Assembly (NCBI GenBank): GCA_039799905.1
Contig: JBDLRP010000021.1
Span: 246,119 to 310,118 of the forward strand
Reading direction: 5' to 3'
Source: Pseudomonadota bacterium
GTDB lineage: Bacteria; Bdellovibrionota_B; Oligoflexia; Silvanigrellales; Silvanigrellaceae
DNA length: 64,000 nt
The translations under genes were made by a program, and so were the position numbers. Numbering within the stretch: position 1 is the first letter of the stretch; every line of letters starts with the position of its first letter. This document shows, one piece after another, positions 29,236 to 38,519 of this stretch. Below the pieces are notes generated by a model. That model was not told where the DNA came from and searched no databases. It saw nothing but the letters and a program-made list of their open reading frames with translations.

Positions 29236-29252
29236 ATTCAGAAGAGACAGAA

Positions 29253-29519
29253 TTAAGCTTCTGCTCCTGCAGGATAAACACTGACGCGCTGACGAGTGCG
29301 GGTCACGAACTCGAACTTCACGACGCCGTCAATCTTGCTGAACAGTGTGAAGTCACGACCCATGCCTACGTTCTGGCCTGGGTGAATCTTCGTGCCAACC
29401 TGACGGATGATGATGTTGCCAGCGCGAACGCTTTCGCCACCGTAAGTTTTGACGCCACGATACTTAGGATTACTGTCACGACCGTTTTTGGTACTACCAC
29501 CGGCTTTTTTGGTTGCCAT
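29253..29519 (-). CDS. rpmA: 50S ribosomal protein L27
   Basis: [20 protein letters not shown]. Confidence 0.98.
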   Translation of the reverse strand: MATKKAGGSTKNGRDSNPKYRGVKTYGGESVRAGNIIIRQVGTKIHPGQNVGMGRDFTLFSKIDGVVKFEFVTRTRQRVSVYPAGAEA

Positions 29520-29563
29520 TGCAAATTCCTCGACTGTGTTAAGCGATCACCTAGTACGCCAGA

Positions 29564-29884
29564 TTAGCCTTCAATCTTGTCGATTGTCAGGACCGTGTAT
29601 GGCTGGCGATGACCTTGGGTCTTCTTGAGATGGTTCTTGTTCAGGTATTTGAATACAAGAACTTTGTCAGCACGAGTGTGTGCCGAAACAGTTGCCGTGA
29701 CCTTTGCGCCTGCAACAGTCGGAGCGCCCACTTTGAAGTTGCTTCCGTTGTTGAGCATGTAGACGTCAGAGAAGGAAACCTTAGCGCCGACATCACTCGC
29801 AAAATAGTTGGCTTGAATTTTGTCGCCTTCTTTTACTTTGAACTGGCGACCGAAAACATTGACGATAGCGTACTTGGTACTCAC
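29564..29884 (-). CDS. rplU: 50S ribosomal protein L21
   Basis: YAIV..GRQFKVKEGD, GHRQPYT. Confidence 0.97.
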   Translation of the reverse strand: MSTKYAIVNVFGRQFKVKEGDKIQANYFASDVGAKVSFSDVYMLNNGSNFKVGAPTVAGAKVTATVSAHTRADKVLVFKYLNKNHLKKTQGHRQPYTVLTIDKIEG

Positions 29885-29969
29885 AGGCGTATTCCTTTGC
29901 AGAGCTAACGCAGACAGCTTCTAGGTTTCTCCCGCATCCGCGGGGAGGTCCCGATGCAATGAGTTGTTC

Positions 29970-29998
29970 GACTTAGTGCAATCAGAGCAATCGGTCAA
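29970..29998 (-). promoter_or_regulatory. Putative sigma70 promoter of rplU-rpmA
   Basis: TTGACC-N17-TAAGTC on the minus strand. Confidence 0.5.
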
Positions 29999-30136
29999 GA
30001 CACTTTCGCAGGATTAATTTATCTCAGTCATGCCGGATTATTGCCAGACTCAACGCTGCGACAGAGGAGCCTGCCGAGCTTGACTCGTCCGCCTGTTCAG
30101 ACAATTTATAGCACCACACAAACAAGAGGTGATGAT

Positions 30137-31060
30137 TTGTCCGCTGGCGAAATGCACATCCATGTAGCGCATAGCCCCGACCCCGACGACCGGCTGATGT
30201 TTTGGCCGCTCGCTTCAGGATTGGTTCCAAGTGAAGTTGGCGGACGGTCGTATTTGTTCAGTTTTGAAGAGGCAGACACCCAAGCTCTCAATAAAATAGC
30301 ATCTTCGGGCGGAGCCGATGTCTGTGCCGTTTCGGCTATACACGCCCTTCGCCTTCTGGACAGGTACCAGCCGCTGAGGATGGGAGCTTCCGTGGGCGAC
30401 GCCTACGGTCCTGTCGTCGTTGCTCTGCGGGGTGGTCTTGGTGAAGTGCTCTGGGCTCAGGGAAAAGAGACGTGTGCTGCAGGATTGCACTTACTCACTC
30501 CGGGTGAAACCACAACGGCCCACACCGTGGCCCAGATCGTCGGTCTTTCGTTTGGAAGTTGCGAGGCCGTGCCAATCGTCCCACTGACCAGAGTCTTTGA
30601 ACATCTGACAGACTGCGAAGCGGCAAAAAAACCGACTGTCGCACTGCTCATTCACGAGGGCAGACTCACCTACGGCAATCACGGATGCGAGCGGCTGATG
30701 GATATCGGTGAGCTCTGGACTCAACAAACCGGCGCGAGCCTTCCATTGGGCCTGAACGTCATCAGCAGAGAACTCTCGCACCAAGTGCGCAGCGATATTT
30801 CAGAAATTTTGGTGGAAAGCTGCCGATATGCGCTACAGCACCGCGAGCAATTCATCCGCTATGCGCAAATCCCCAATCACACCTACCACAGCGCGCTCAC
30901 TGGCCCGCAGCTCCGGCACTATTTGGACCTTTATGCCAATGAGACAACCGTTTCCATCAATGAGCGAGATAGAAAAGGCTTTGTTGAGTTGCTCAACCGC
31001 GCAACTGCGGCAGGTTATCTAAAGGGTCAACAATCACTTCAGTCCATTGACTGGATTTAA
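30137..31060 (+). CDS. mqnD: 1,4-dihydroxy-6-naphthoate synthase (futalosine menaquinone pathway)
   Basis: AHSPDPDD.LMF, GASVGDAYGP, LLIHEGRLTY, LPLG, LYANE; start is TTG 30137 or ATG 30152. Confidence 0.85.
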   Translation: MSAGEMHIHVAHSPDPDDRLMFWPLASGLVPSEVGGRSYLFSFEEADTQALNKIASSGGADVCAVSAIHALRLLDRYQPLRMGASVGDAYGPVVVALRGGLGEVLWAQGKETCAAGLHLLTPGETTTAHTVAQIVGLSFGSCEAVPIVPLTRVFEHLTDCEAAKKPTVALLIHEGRLTYGNHGCERLMDIGELWTQQTGASLPLGLNVISRELSHQVRSDISEILVESCRYALQHREQFIRYAQIPNHTYHSALTGPQLRHYLDLYANETTVSINERDRKGFVELLNRATAAGYLKGQQSLQSIDWI

Positions 31061-31404
31061 AGAGACTGTGCCCAGTCCTCTTCTTTAAACCCGACGTAAC
31101 CAAATCCCTGACCAAGCAAGAACGGGCGTTTCACAAGCTTTCCATGTTGAGCCAAAAGGATCATCGCCTCGGCCTGTGTCATCGAAGGCAGACGTTCGCT
31201 CATTTTCATCTCACGATAGAGCTCGCCACTCGTATTGAAGAGTTTTTTCAGGTCGCCCACATAACCGATCATCGTTTCGAGTTCGGCGCGCGTCGGAGGC
31301 TTTTCCACAATCGGCAGGACTTCGGCGTCGACGCCGCGTGCCTTCAACCAACCCAAAGCCTTCTTGCAGGTGGAGCACTTTTCATAACTATAAACTTTGA
31401 CCAT
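31057..31404 (-). CDS. ArsC/Spx/YffB-family protein
   Basis: CSTCKKA, LFNTSG..YRE, LVKRPFL. Confidence 0.9.
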   Translation of the reverse strand: MVKVYSYEKCSTCKKALGWLKARGVDAEVLPIVEKPPTRAELETMIGYVGDLKKLFNTSGELYREMKMSERLPSMTQAEAMILLAQHGKLVKRPFLLGQGFGYVGFKEEDWAQSL

Positions 31405-31460
31405 GGCTGACTCCTCTTTCACACCGGGTGTCCCGGACGCGGCATACTACCTCGTCCGTC

Positions 31461-31489
31461 TTGATATTCCAGCGGGGCTGGTCTAGGAC
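31461..31489 (+). promoter_or_regulatory. Putative sigma70 promoter of tRNA-Ser
   Basis: TTGATA-N17-TAGGAC, 15 nt before the tRNA. Confidence 0.5.
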
Positions 31490-31504
31490 ATTCGGTAATC
31501 GTGC

Positions 31505-31594
31505 GGAGAGGTGTCCGAGTGGCTGAAGGAGCACGATTGGAAATCGTGTTACGGTTAACCCCGTACGAGGGTTCGAATCCCTCTCTCTCCGCCA
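31505..31594 (+). tRNA. tRNA-Ser(GGA)
   Basis: GGAGAGG acceptor, D-arm GTCCGAGTGGCTGAAGGA, anticodon arm CACGA-TTGGAAA-TCGTG, long variable arm, GGTTCGAATCC, encoded CCA. Confidence 0.97.
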
Positions 31595-31597
31595 TCT

Positions 31598-31635
31598 AAA
31601 CCCCAAGCGGCATTGCTGCTTGGGGTTTTTGTTTT
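31598..31635 (+). terminator. Intrinsic terminator after tRNA-Ser
   Basis: AAACCCCAAGCGGC-ATT-GCTGCTTGGGGTTT followed by Ts. Confidence 0.85.
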
Positions 31636-32030
31636 GGGAAATGGATTTGCTACAGATTGCTACACGGTAACTTTTTCAGAGCCCCTGACATCCGAGGACG
31701 CACTTATCTGCGCCACCTTAATAGCATCGATTTTGTTTCAACCGATATGTCATTGGATTGGTCTGATTCTTGAACAAGTTTTTCTATGCGTGCCAATGAT
31801 GTTGCTCAGACTGCTGGAGTCATGGATGCTCGCGTGGAGGCTCCGTTGGCGTCGCAAAGCACTCTGAGATGTTTCGAAAATTCGACAACATCAAAAGAGC
31901 GGCAATTCACACCCTAAAGACAACTACAGAATCCGTATCGGCAAAGATAATAAATGCTTTCCCACTTGCGCACGCAAAAAAATCATCACGTAAACTTGAA
32001 ACCATAAGGTTCAAGCTGCCCGGCACTAGC

Positions 32031-32267
32031 TCAGTTCTTTTTGGATTTATTTTTCTTAGACGAACTTGTTGCTGGTGTTGGCGTGACAACAGGAGCTGCG
32101 GTTGGTGCTGCGGCTGGTGCTGCGGTTGGTGCTGCGGCTGGTGCTGCGGCTGGTGCTGCGGGCAGGCCAGTAGCAGGTGTATTTCCGAGTTTACCTGCGT
32201 CACTCGACTTGCAGGAAATTGCAACTACACCAAGGGACACACTAAGTAATACTCTATAAAACAACAT
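32031..32267 (-). CDS. Small Ala/Pro-rich lipoprotein
   Basis: GGAG SD, lipobox AISC, (A/T)AAP repeats, Lys-rich tail. Confidence 0.65.
   Translation of the reverse strand: MLFYRVLLSVSLGVVAISCKSSDAGKLGNTPATGLPAAPAAAPAAAPTAAPAAAPTAAPVVTPTPATSSSKKNKSKKN
32092..32160. repeat. 12-bp tandem repeat GGTGCTGCGGYT, about 5.75 copies (coding)
   Basis: Directly visible; encodes the (A/T)AAP repeats on the minus strand. Confidence 0.9.
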
Positions 32268-32627
32268 ACTCTCTGTCTCCAATGTATGGTACGAGCGAAC
32301 TGCTCGTCTTTGAATCTAAAAGCACTTATTTAAAAATGTATTTACATAGAAAAAACCTATCAGAATGAAAACAGTTGCTTATTAGTCCAATTTCGCAATA
32401 AGAGTGAGCATTCAACCGCAATCTGCGAAATTGAACTGATTCGCACCAACGCAGAATTCAATATCGATAAGAGAAATTCCAGAGAGTTCGTAACGACCAC
32501 TTTGCAGAGCGCTATGAAAAGTCTCACGCTTCAGGGTTTTTTGAGGATGAAGAATCAAAACGTCAGACTCGTCCGTAGAATCTCCATACATGCTGGGTAA
32601 CTGAGTTCGAATCCTATCAAAAATGCT

Positions 32628-32651
32628 AAAAAAAAGCCTCCCTCAGGAGGC
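32628..32651 (-). terminator. Intrinsic terminator after the MBL hydrolase gene
   Basis: GCCTCC-TGAG-GGAGGC-T8 on the minus strand. Confidence 0.8.
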
Positions 32652-32689
32652 GTGCTTGGATCGTGAAAAGAAACAGATCCTCCGTGTCT

Positions 32690-33772
32690 TTACTTTGCCG
32701 ACTTCCTTGTATTCTGATCATTTTCAGCCTGAAGTTCGTTCGAGAAAATGGTCCGCGTTTCCCCAATGTCCATACATGTAAATTCGTCGGCGCGAAGTTT
32801 GTTGGCTGCCGTGCTCTCATTCAGTATCTGACACGGCTCATCAATTCCTTCATCAGTCAGTTGAAATGTTGCAAAGTGCATTCCTACGCTCTGACGAGAC
32901 TGAACGTCTTTATGGAGCTTCACGGCATCTGACGGATCGATGTGCTGGTCGCGGACAAAATCACGAGGCGCATAAGCCCCAATCGGGATGAAGCTGAAGT
33001 CGACAGGACCAAGACGTTCGCGAATTTCGTTGAAAAGTTTGGGATGGTAACCGGTGTCACCGACGAAGTAGAGAGTTTTATCTCTGACCTTCAGGTAGAA
33101 TCCACCCCAAAGCCGAACATTTCTGACAAAGGGAACACGCATCGACCAGTGCTGCGCTGGAACAAAGGTCACAGAGACGTCCTCGCGGATTTCAGTTTTG
33201 GAATACCAATCCAATGTCAGGATTTTCTCAAAACCTGCATCTTCCAAAATCGGTTTTGACCCCAAACCAGCGACTATTGTCGGCTTGTCTCTGCGTGCAA
33301 AAAACTCGAGAGACGGAAGGTCCATGTGGTCAAAGTGATCGTGGCTCACGAGAATCAGGTCAACCTTGGGAGTCTGTTCAAGACTGAGTGCAGGAGGAGT
33401 CACTCGGGTCGCCGAAAGAAGTGAATTGAAGCCAATCCAATTCGAATAGACTGGATCGGTCAATACCCGAAGTCCTTCAAACTCTATCACGAAGGTCGAA
33501 TGCCCAACCCAAGTGATCGCTGCTTGTGAGCCGCGCAATGACTGGCCCACATTTGGGGTCCCCTTGACAGGGCGGCTCTCGGGCCATTTCGCCGGATTCC
33601 TTGTGAAGCGGAACTTCAAACCATCCCAGAGTGATTTCGCGGTAAAGGGATAAACATTATCGAACTTTCGACCAGATGTCTGCTCCTGCTCCTGCACCTT
33701 GGCCTGAGCTAGAGCCGGTGCGGGACTATGCAAACCAAAAAAACAGACCAGGGAAAGAATCTTGCATCTCAT
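32690..33772 (-). CDS. Exported MBL-fold metallo-hydrolase (NAPE-PLD/RomA-like)
   Basis: TWVGHST, LTDPV, SHDHFDHMD, PAQHWS, GDTGY, PIGAY, GMHFATF. Confidence 0.9.
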   Translation of the reverse strand: MRCKILSLVCFFGLHSPAPALAQAKVQEQEQTSGRKFDNVYPFTAKSLWDGLKFRFTRNPAKWPESRPVKGTPNVGQSLRGSQAAITWVGHSTFVIEFEGLRVLTDPVYSNWIGFNSLLSATRVTPPALSLEQTPKVDLILVSHDHFDHMDLPSLEFFARRDKPTIVAGLGSKPILEDAGFEKILTLDWYSKTEIREDVSVTFVPAQHWSMRVPFVRNVRLWGGFYLKVRDKTLYFVGDTGYHPKLFNEIRERLGPVDFSFIPIGAYAPRDFVRDQHIDPSDAVKLHKDVQSRQSVGMHFATFQLTDEGIDEPCQILNESTAANKLRADEFTCMDIGETRTIFSNELQAENDQNTRKSAK

Positions 33773-33956
33773 AGCCAGTGCCACCCTTCTGCGTGCAAAG
33801 CGAACTACACATCCTGATTGGGGTTGAGTATCGGAGCACCCAGACTCGTTTAAGGATGCAATAATTGCAGGGCTGACAATGTGCATTCGATGGGCGATGT
33901 AAAAACCTTCGACACCCTCAGCCCAATTACTTTGAACCATATCGGTCATTTAGGTA

Positions 33957-33972
33957 TGGCACGACAGTTGCA
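33957..33972 (+). promoter_or_regulatory. Sigma54 (-24/-12) promoter
   Basis: TGGCACG-ACAG-TTGCA matches the consensus; about 60 nt before ATG 34031. Confidence 0.75.
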
Positions 33973-34030
33973 CTCCGTGTGTCAATGGAATTTCCAGAAT
34001 CTAGCAAATTGAAAGCTTGGAGGTGTGAAA

Positions 34031-34654
34031 ATGGCAGCATTCATATCAAAAAAATTTATTGCTTTGGCTTGTATCTCATTTGCCGGCCCGGCGCTTCAGT
34101 CGTGCGGTCCGCAATCAGGCCCCACCTCGGCGCAAATCGCTTCGACAGATCAGCGTCCCGACATCTCTGAAGACCGAACATCCGTGCACATCACAGCAGG
34201 GACACGAGATTTTATCCGCATCCATGCAAAAGACTTAAGCGGCCTCGTGACAGACGTACCTGATCCCGACACCGACGTAACATCGACACAGAAACTCACC
34301 GGCAGCTTCATTTTTCAAGTCGCCCAAAATCCAAGGACGAACTTGGTTGCCATTGGTGTCCGCTCTTTTGTTTATGCCGAGAGCGATTTCTCTATGGTTT
34401 TCCTCATCAATCCTGCATTCCCAAACAAACCTCAACTGCTAAGCTTTGATGCACCAGGGAAAAAGCGGCTTCCCAATGGCACGACAAAGCCGCTGAGTGC
34501 CATTCGCTCGATGTCATTTGATTCCTCGGGAATTCTCCATATCGAGCACACGGATGCCAGCGGCTCGAGAGCAGAAGTCCTTGTCAATCCCGACTTGAGC
34601 ATACGTTCATGCGTTTACATCGAAAAGGAAGAGGGAAAACTCTGCGGCGAATAA
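34031..34654 (+). CDS. Hypothetical lipoprotein
   Basis: GGAGGT SD; lipobox LQSC. Confidence 0.7.
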   Translation: MAAFISKKFIALACISFAGPALQSCGPQSGPTSAQIASTDQRPDISEDRTSVHITAGTRDFIRIHAKDLSGLVTDVPDPDTDVTSTQKLTGSFIFQVAQNPRTNLVAIGVRSFVYAESDFSMVFLINPAFPNKPQLLSFDAPGKKRLPNGTTKPLSAIRSMSFDSSGILHIEHTDASGSRAEVLVNPDLSIRSCVYIEKEEGKLCGE

Positions 34655-34682
34655 CTCTGAGAGCCTCGACTTATGCCTTCTT

Positions 34683-35186
34683 TCAAGAAGGTTTCTTCTG
34701 ACGGTAGACAAGATAATCGGCAATTTGCCTGAGCCTTTCATTTTCGTAGTGAGGCTCAGGCTTTGCTTTTTCATGACACATATGAAAATGGACGATATGT
34801 TCAGATTTTAGAGCACTTTTTATGTATTCGTACTCATCCACAAATCTCAGGTCATCCACAACAACGGTGTCATGTTTTTCGTGGTCACGAGCATAAGTCA
34901 GAACGTCGACCATGTACCTTGCCCAGACAATTGCATCGCTCTGCTTTGCACCGCGCCCATGTTCATCGAGATGCTGCAAAATTGACTTGCGGGTCTGCCT
35001 AACCATCGTGTTCATTTTGTATTCGGGTTGACGGTTATACCAATCGTATTCAGGAAATTTTTTCTGAAGTTCAGCTCGAATGAGATTGGCAATCGAAAAA
35101 ATTTGCGACTGGTTGTCGGTCATCTTGAGGGCAAGGAAGGTCTTTCCAGCACCCTGGCCATCACCGGAAATCATGATTATCTTCAC
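34683..35186 (-). CDS. P-loop kinase of the dNMP-kinase/phosphomevalonate-kinase type
   Basis: IIMISGDGQGAGKT Walker A, SIANLIR, VVVDDLRF..E; start is GTG 35186 or 35195. Confidence 0.7.
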   Translation of the reverse strand: MKIIMISGDGQGAGKTFLALKMTDNQSQIFSIANLIRAELQKKFPEYDWYNRQPEYKMNTMVRQTRKSILQHLDEHGRGAKQSDAIVWARYMVDVLTYARDHEKHDTVVVDDLRFVDEYEYIKSALKSEHIVHFHMCHEKAKPEPHYENERLRQIADYLVYRQKKPS

Positions 35187-35370
35187 AAGCCACACTCCGT
35201 TCGGCAGGAACCGAGGCTAGGGACAACTCAACTTCCAAAAGAAAAATGGCCCTGCCTGCTCTAAATAGGGTCCAACGATACAACATTGGCACGGAGGAGC
35301 ATTCTGATACAACAGAACGCGCGTCACTTTTATTTTGGCTCTTGAGGGAACCTGAAAGGAAGACACACCG

Positions 35371-35856
35371 ATGAACTTCGCCAGTAGCATGTTTAATTTT
35401 TCGAATACATTGATTCTGCCATTTTGGCTGTTTTTGATATTTCTTCCCCGTTCGAACATCACTCGAAGGATCTTCGCGAATCCCAACTTCAGTCCTATGC
35501 AACTGCTCGCTCTTCTATATGCAGCCATGGTTGTTCCGGCTCTTATTTCGAACCCGGAAATTCTGACATCCCTGGCCAGGCCAACCCTCGAGGGCATTCA
35601 GTCGATGATGTCATCGCCAGAAGGCGCCGCAGCGGGTTGGATACATTATCTCTGCTTCGACTTGTTTGTCGGCGTCACTGTATGGAAGAAAGCTATCAAT
35701 AGAAATCAAAGTTTTATCTGGGTGAGTATCGTTCTCTTGCTGGTTTTGATGTTCGGCCCGCTGGGTTGGCTCATTCACGAATTGGCATCTATCCAAAGAA
35801 AAGCCAACCCAACGTCGTCTTCAGAGGCCACGAGTCAGCTTGATGTTACCAAATGA
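35371..35856 (+). CDS. ABA4-like (DUF4281) membrane protein
   Basis: LPFWLFLIFLP, AGWIHYLCFDLFVG, LMFGPLGWL. Confidence 0.88.
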   Translation: MNFASSMFNFSNTLILPFWLFLIFLPRSNITRRIFANPNFSPMQLLALLYAAMVVPALISNPEILTSLARPTLEGIQSMMSSPEGAAAGWIHYLCFDLFVGVTVWKKAINRNQSFIWVSIVLLLVLMFGPLGWLIHELASIQRKANPTSSSEATSQLDVTK

Positions 35857-37308
35857 ATCAATCGCACCGCCGCCATTGAATGCGCCACTGATGCCCCTGT
35901 AGGTTGTAGTGAAAGATGATCCGACTGCTCCACTTAGATCAAATTTGTTAATCGTAGGGTTTGTGTCACCTTGCAGCGTCACGCTGATCTGATAAGTGTT
36001 ATCCGCATTTTTGATGATCATAGTCGGGTCAATGCCAATCGACGCCTTTCGGTTTCCACCTTTGATGGTCGTCAGGTTGTTGTCGTCATCGGGCATGACA
36101 TTCGCCGCAAATGGTGTTCCGTTTGCATCAAGGATAAGCGTGATCCAGCCATCAACGCTTCGTGCACTTCCTGTACATGAGTAACTATTCTGGAACGTTT
36201 CAATGCATGTCTCAGTCTGAAAATTGTAGCCGCGGATTCCACCTGCCTTGCCGGCGAACACGAACAGCGACTCCTCAAAGACCGTAGTGAAGAAATAGGC
36301 GCGATTCGTTGGAAACTCAGGATTAGGACCTTGGTCTGTCCGGCCCATATTGTAAAAGCGGAGCATACGATTCACATCGATGACCATCGTCAGATTCGCC
36401 TTGCTTCCCTGATTGATTTTAAGTCCGTCTTTAATTGGAAACTCAACAGTCACATTCCTGGACCGTTCACTCCAAGACTTACTCAGGAAAATTTCAGTTT
36501 CCTCCGCTGAGACGTTCTTGAATTGGCCATGCGCTGGAGTGATGTTCTCGTTTGTCGTTGCCAAACCGGATTGTGTGCAATAGGTTTGAGCACCAACACT
36601 TCCGTTTGCGATCGTGCCAGTGTCCGACCTGAAGGTCGCACTCACACACCCTTTAATCTTGGCTTTGGGTGCAAATGTGACTTTGAGTTTGTCATACGTG
36701 GAAGCCGAAAGGTTCACCAATCCTGCCGGCTCCGTGATATCAACAAGCTGACCGCTGTCATCTGTCTGCTTGCAGCTCCCGTCGGCCTGCGGAGCAATCA
36801 CTTTGTCGTCTTTGTCCAAGCCGCATTTACAGGTCTCGCCTGCCGCGAGAGTCAAAGGCGTACCGTCCTTCTTGACACACTCATAGGTTGTGAAAAGTTG
36901 GCTGAGGTCAATCTCCGACCCGGTTATCCTCACTGGTTTCCCCGAGTCGCTGTTAAAAATATTGACCGATGTGGTTCCACCGTTACTACCGGAGCCCGAC
37001 AGGGCCATACTCAAGATTGACACTTCAAAGCTATCAGGGGCTCCTGAAGCAATAGACGATGGTTCAGCCTTCACGGGGGCAAACCCGTTGTCCGATAAAG
37101 AAAAGGAGCTACCATCGGAGTTGCCGTTCGCCGCGGCGAAACTAATTGCCAACTGGCCCTGCTGCCCAAGGTCGCTACCCTGATCAACAGAAGCCTTCTT
37201 CTTTCCGCATCCCACCGCCAAGGAAAATGCCGCGACCGCGGTGACAATTCCAACAACATTTGACAACGTACAATCCTTATGAGGTTCGCCCCATCTATGA
37301 AAGAACAT
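35821..37308 (-). CDS. Hypothetical beta-rich lipoprotein
   Basis: GGAGG SD before ATG 37308; lipobox AVGC-GKKK; long ORF. Confidence 0.72.
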   Translation of the reverse strand: MFFHRWGEPHKDCTLSNVVGIVTAVAAFSLAVGCGKKKASVDQGSDLGQQGQLAISFAAANGNSDGSSFSLSDNGFAPVKAEPSSIASGAPDSFEVSILSMALSGSGSNGGTTSVNIFNSDSGKPVRITGSEIDLSQLFTTYECVKKDGTPLTLAAGETCKCGLDKDDKVIAPQADGSCKQTDDSGQLVDITEPAGLVNLSASTYDKLKVTFAPKAKIKGCVSATFRSDTGTIANGSVGAQTYCTQSGLATTNENITPAHGQFKNVSAEETEIFLSKSWSERSRNVTVEFPIKDGLKINQGSKANLTMVIDVNRMLRFYNMGRTDQGPNPEFPTNRAYFFTTVFEESLFVFAGKAGGIRGYNFQTETCIETFQNSYSCTGSARSVDGWITLILDANGTPFAANVMPDDDNNLTTIKGGNRKASIGIDPTMIIKNADNTYQISVTLQGDTNPTINKFDLSGAVGSSFTTTYRGISGAFNGGGAIDSFGNIKLTRGL

Positions 37309-37460
37309 TTCATGCCTCCAGATTTCAATACAAACTTTGCACTGTTTGAATGATCCGAAGCAGGTTAACATCGACTCATGGAATGGAAGCGCCCGATGTC
37401 TGAGAAAAGCATTGCAGATTGCGACAGGCGAACGCCAAATTTCAAACGTTCGGGTCGCAC

Positions 37461-38519
37461 ATGAGAAGGGATGTTCCAAATCCGGCCACGTGCGCTTTCC
37501 TTCCATCCTTCAGAGCGTTGCTGCGTGTACTGTGCACAAAATGCAGAACCGATGTTGAGCGACTGCTGATACATCGAAACATCAAATTTTCGGAATTTAT
37601 TTCGGCGGGTCGCATCTGCGAAGGATTGCTTTTCGATGAACTTTTGATGCTCGCAAGAGAGCATTACAAACGAGAGGTCACCTATGGCCTTGAAGCAGCG
37701 TTTTTGTTTCAGCCTGCAGATTTTGATGAGAAGGGTTGGCTGATAACAACGGCAAGAAATTTGCAACATCTGTTTGATTGCATCACAGAGATCTTTCCGA
37801 CTCTGAAATTCTACAGTGAGCGTCGACAAGACAAATTCGTCTGCGGTTGGACGCCACAACAGATTCCGGAATTTTTTGTTCACTTTATAGCGGCTGCTTC
37901 ACTGATTGTTTTGCGGGGACAGGGAATTTCCGCTACCGAAATTACATCCGTTTTTCTTCCCGAATGGTCTGCACCAGATAAAGATTCAGACATGCAACAT
38001 TGGCAAGAACACTTCCATAAAACGTTCCAGACCAAAGCATATTTTCAAGGCAGCGCAATTGAAATTCACCTGACTGCAAAGGCAGCCTCAGTCGATTTCA
38101 AAACTGCTGATGAAATTATGTTCAAATTCTTTCAAAGCCGCTGCAGAAATTCAAACAATAGAGATGCTCAACAACGTGAAAATCAGGACCTGGATCTGCT
38201 TCTTGCTAAAATTAGAACAATTATTCTGACACATCTTGAAGACAGTCAATTTAGTTTCAGCGATGTCGCTGACGGTTTGGGTCTCTCGATCCGAAGCCTG
38301 GAAAGGCTCCTGGCGAGACACAATCACTCGCTCAGAAAAATCAAACAAGACCTGCAGTGTTCGACAGCAACCGAGCTCCTGCGAATCGGAATGCGGCCCA
38401 AACAGGTGGCAAGCAAGATCGGTTTTGCGGATCCAACCGCATTTTCGCGGGCTTTTTTAAAATGGACGGGTGAGGCGCCGTCCAGTTTCAGAGAGAGGAT
38501 GTGCGATGCACCATGCTAA
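37461..38519 (+). CDS. AraC-family transcriptional regulator (long N-terminal ligand domain)
   Basis: VADGLGLSIRSLERLL and VASKIGFADPTAFSRAFLKWTGEAP double HTH; start uncertain. Confidence 0.88.
   Translation: MRRDVPNPATCAFLPSFRALLRVLCTKCRTDVERLLIHRNIKFSEFISAGRICEGLLFDELLMLAREHYKREVTYGLEAAFLFQPADFDEKGWLITTARNLQHLFDCITEIFPTLKFYSERRQDKFVCGWTPQQIPEFFVHFIAAASLIVLRGQGISATEITSVFLPEWSAPDKDSDMQHWQEHFHKTFQTKAYFQGSAIEIHLTAKAASVDFKTADEIMFKFFQSRCRNSNNRDAQQRENQDLDLLLAKIRTIILTHLEDSQFSFSDVADGLGLSIRSLERLLARHNHSLRKIKQDLQCSTATELLRIGMRPKQVASKIGFADPTAFSRAFLKWTGEAPSSFRERMCDAPC

Noticed and set aside
31613..31867. 84-aa ORF after the tRNA
   Set aside because: It starts inside the terminator hairpin and has no SD or recognisable motif
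32092..32160. 12-bp repeat as a phase-variation switch, and the GWCC or HQPQ repeat ORFs in other frames
   Set aside because: The unit is a multiple of three and is explained by the minus-strand lipoprotein; the other ORFs are shadows
32370..32450. Inverted repeat as an integron attC site
   Set aside because: Flanks read GTT...AAC rather than RYYYAAC...GTTRRRY, and there is no integrase or repeated cassette structure
35287..35301. TGGCACGGAGGAGCA as a sigma54 promoter for the ABA4-like gene
   Set aside because: GG-to-GC spacing is one base short, and sigma54 spacing is strict
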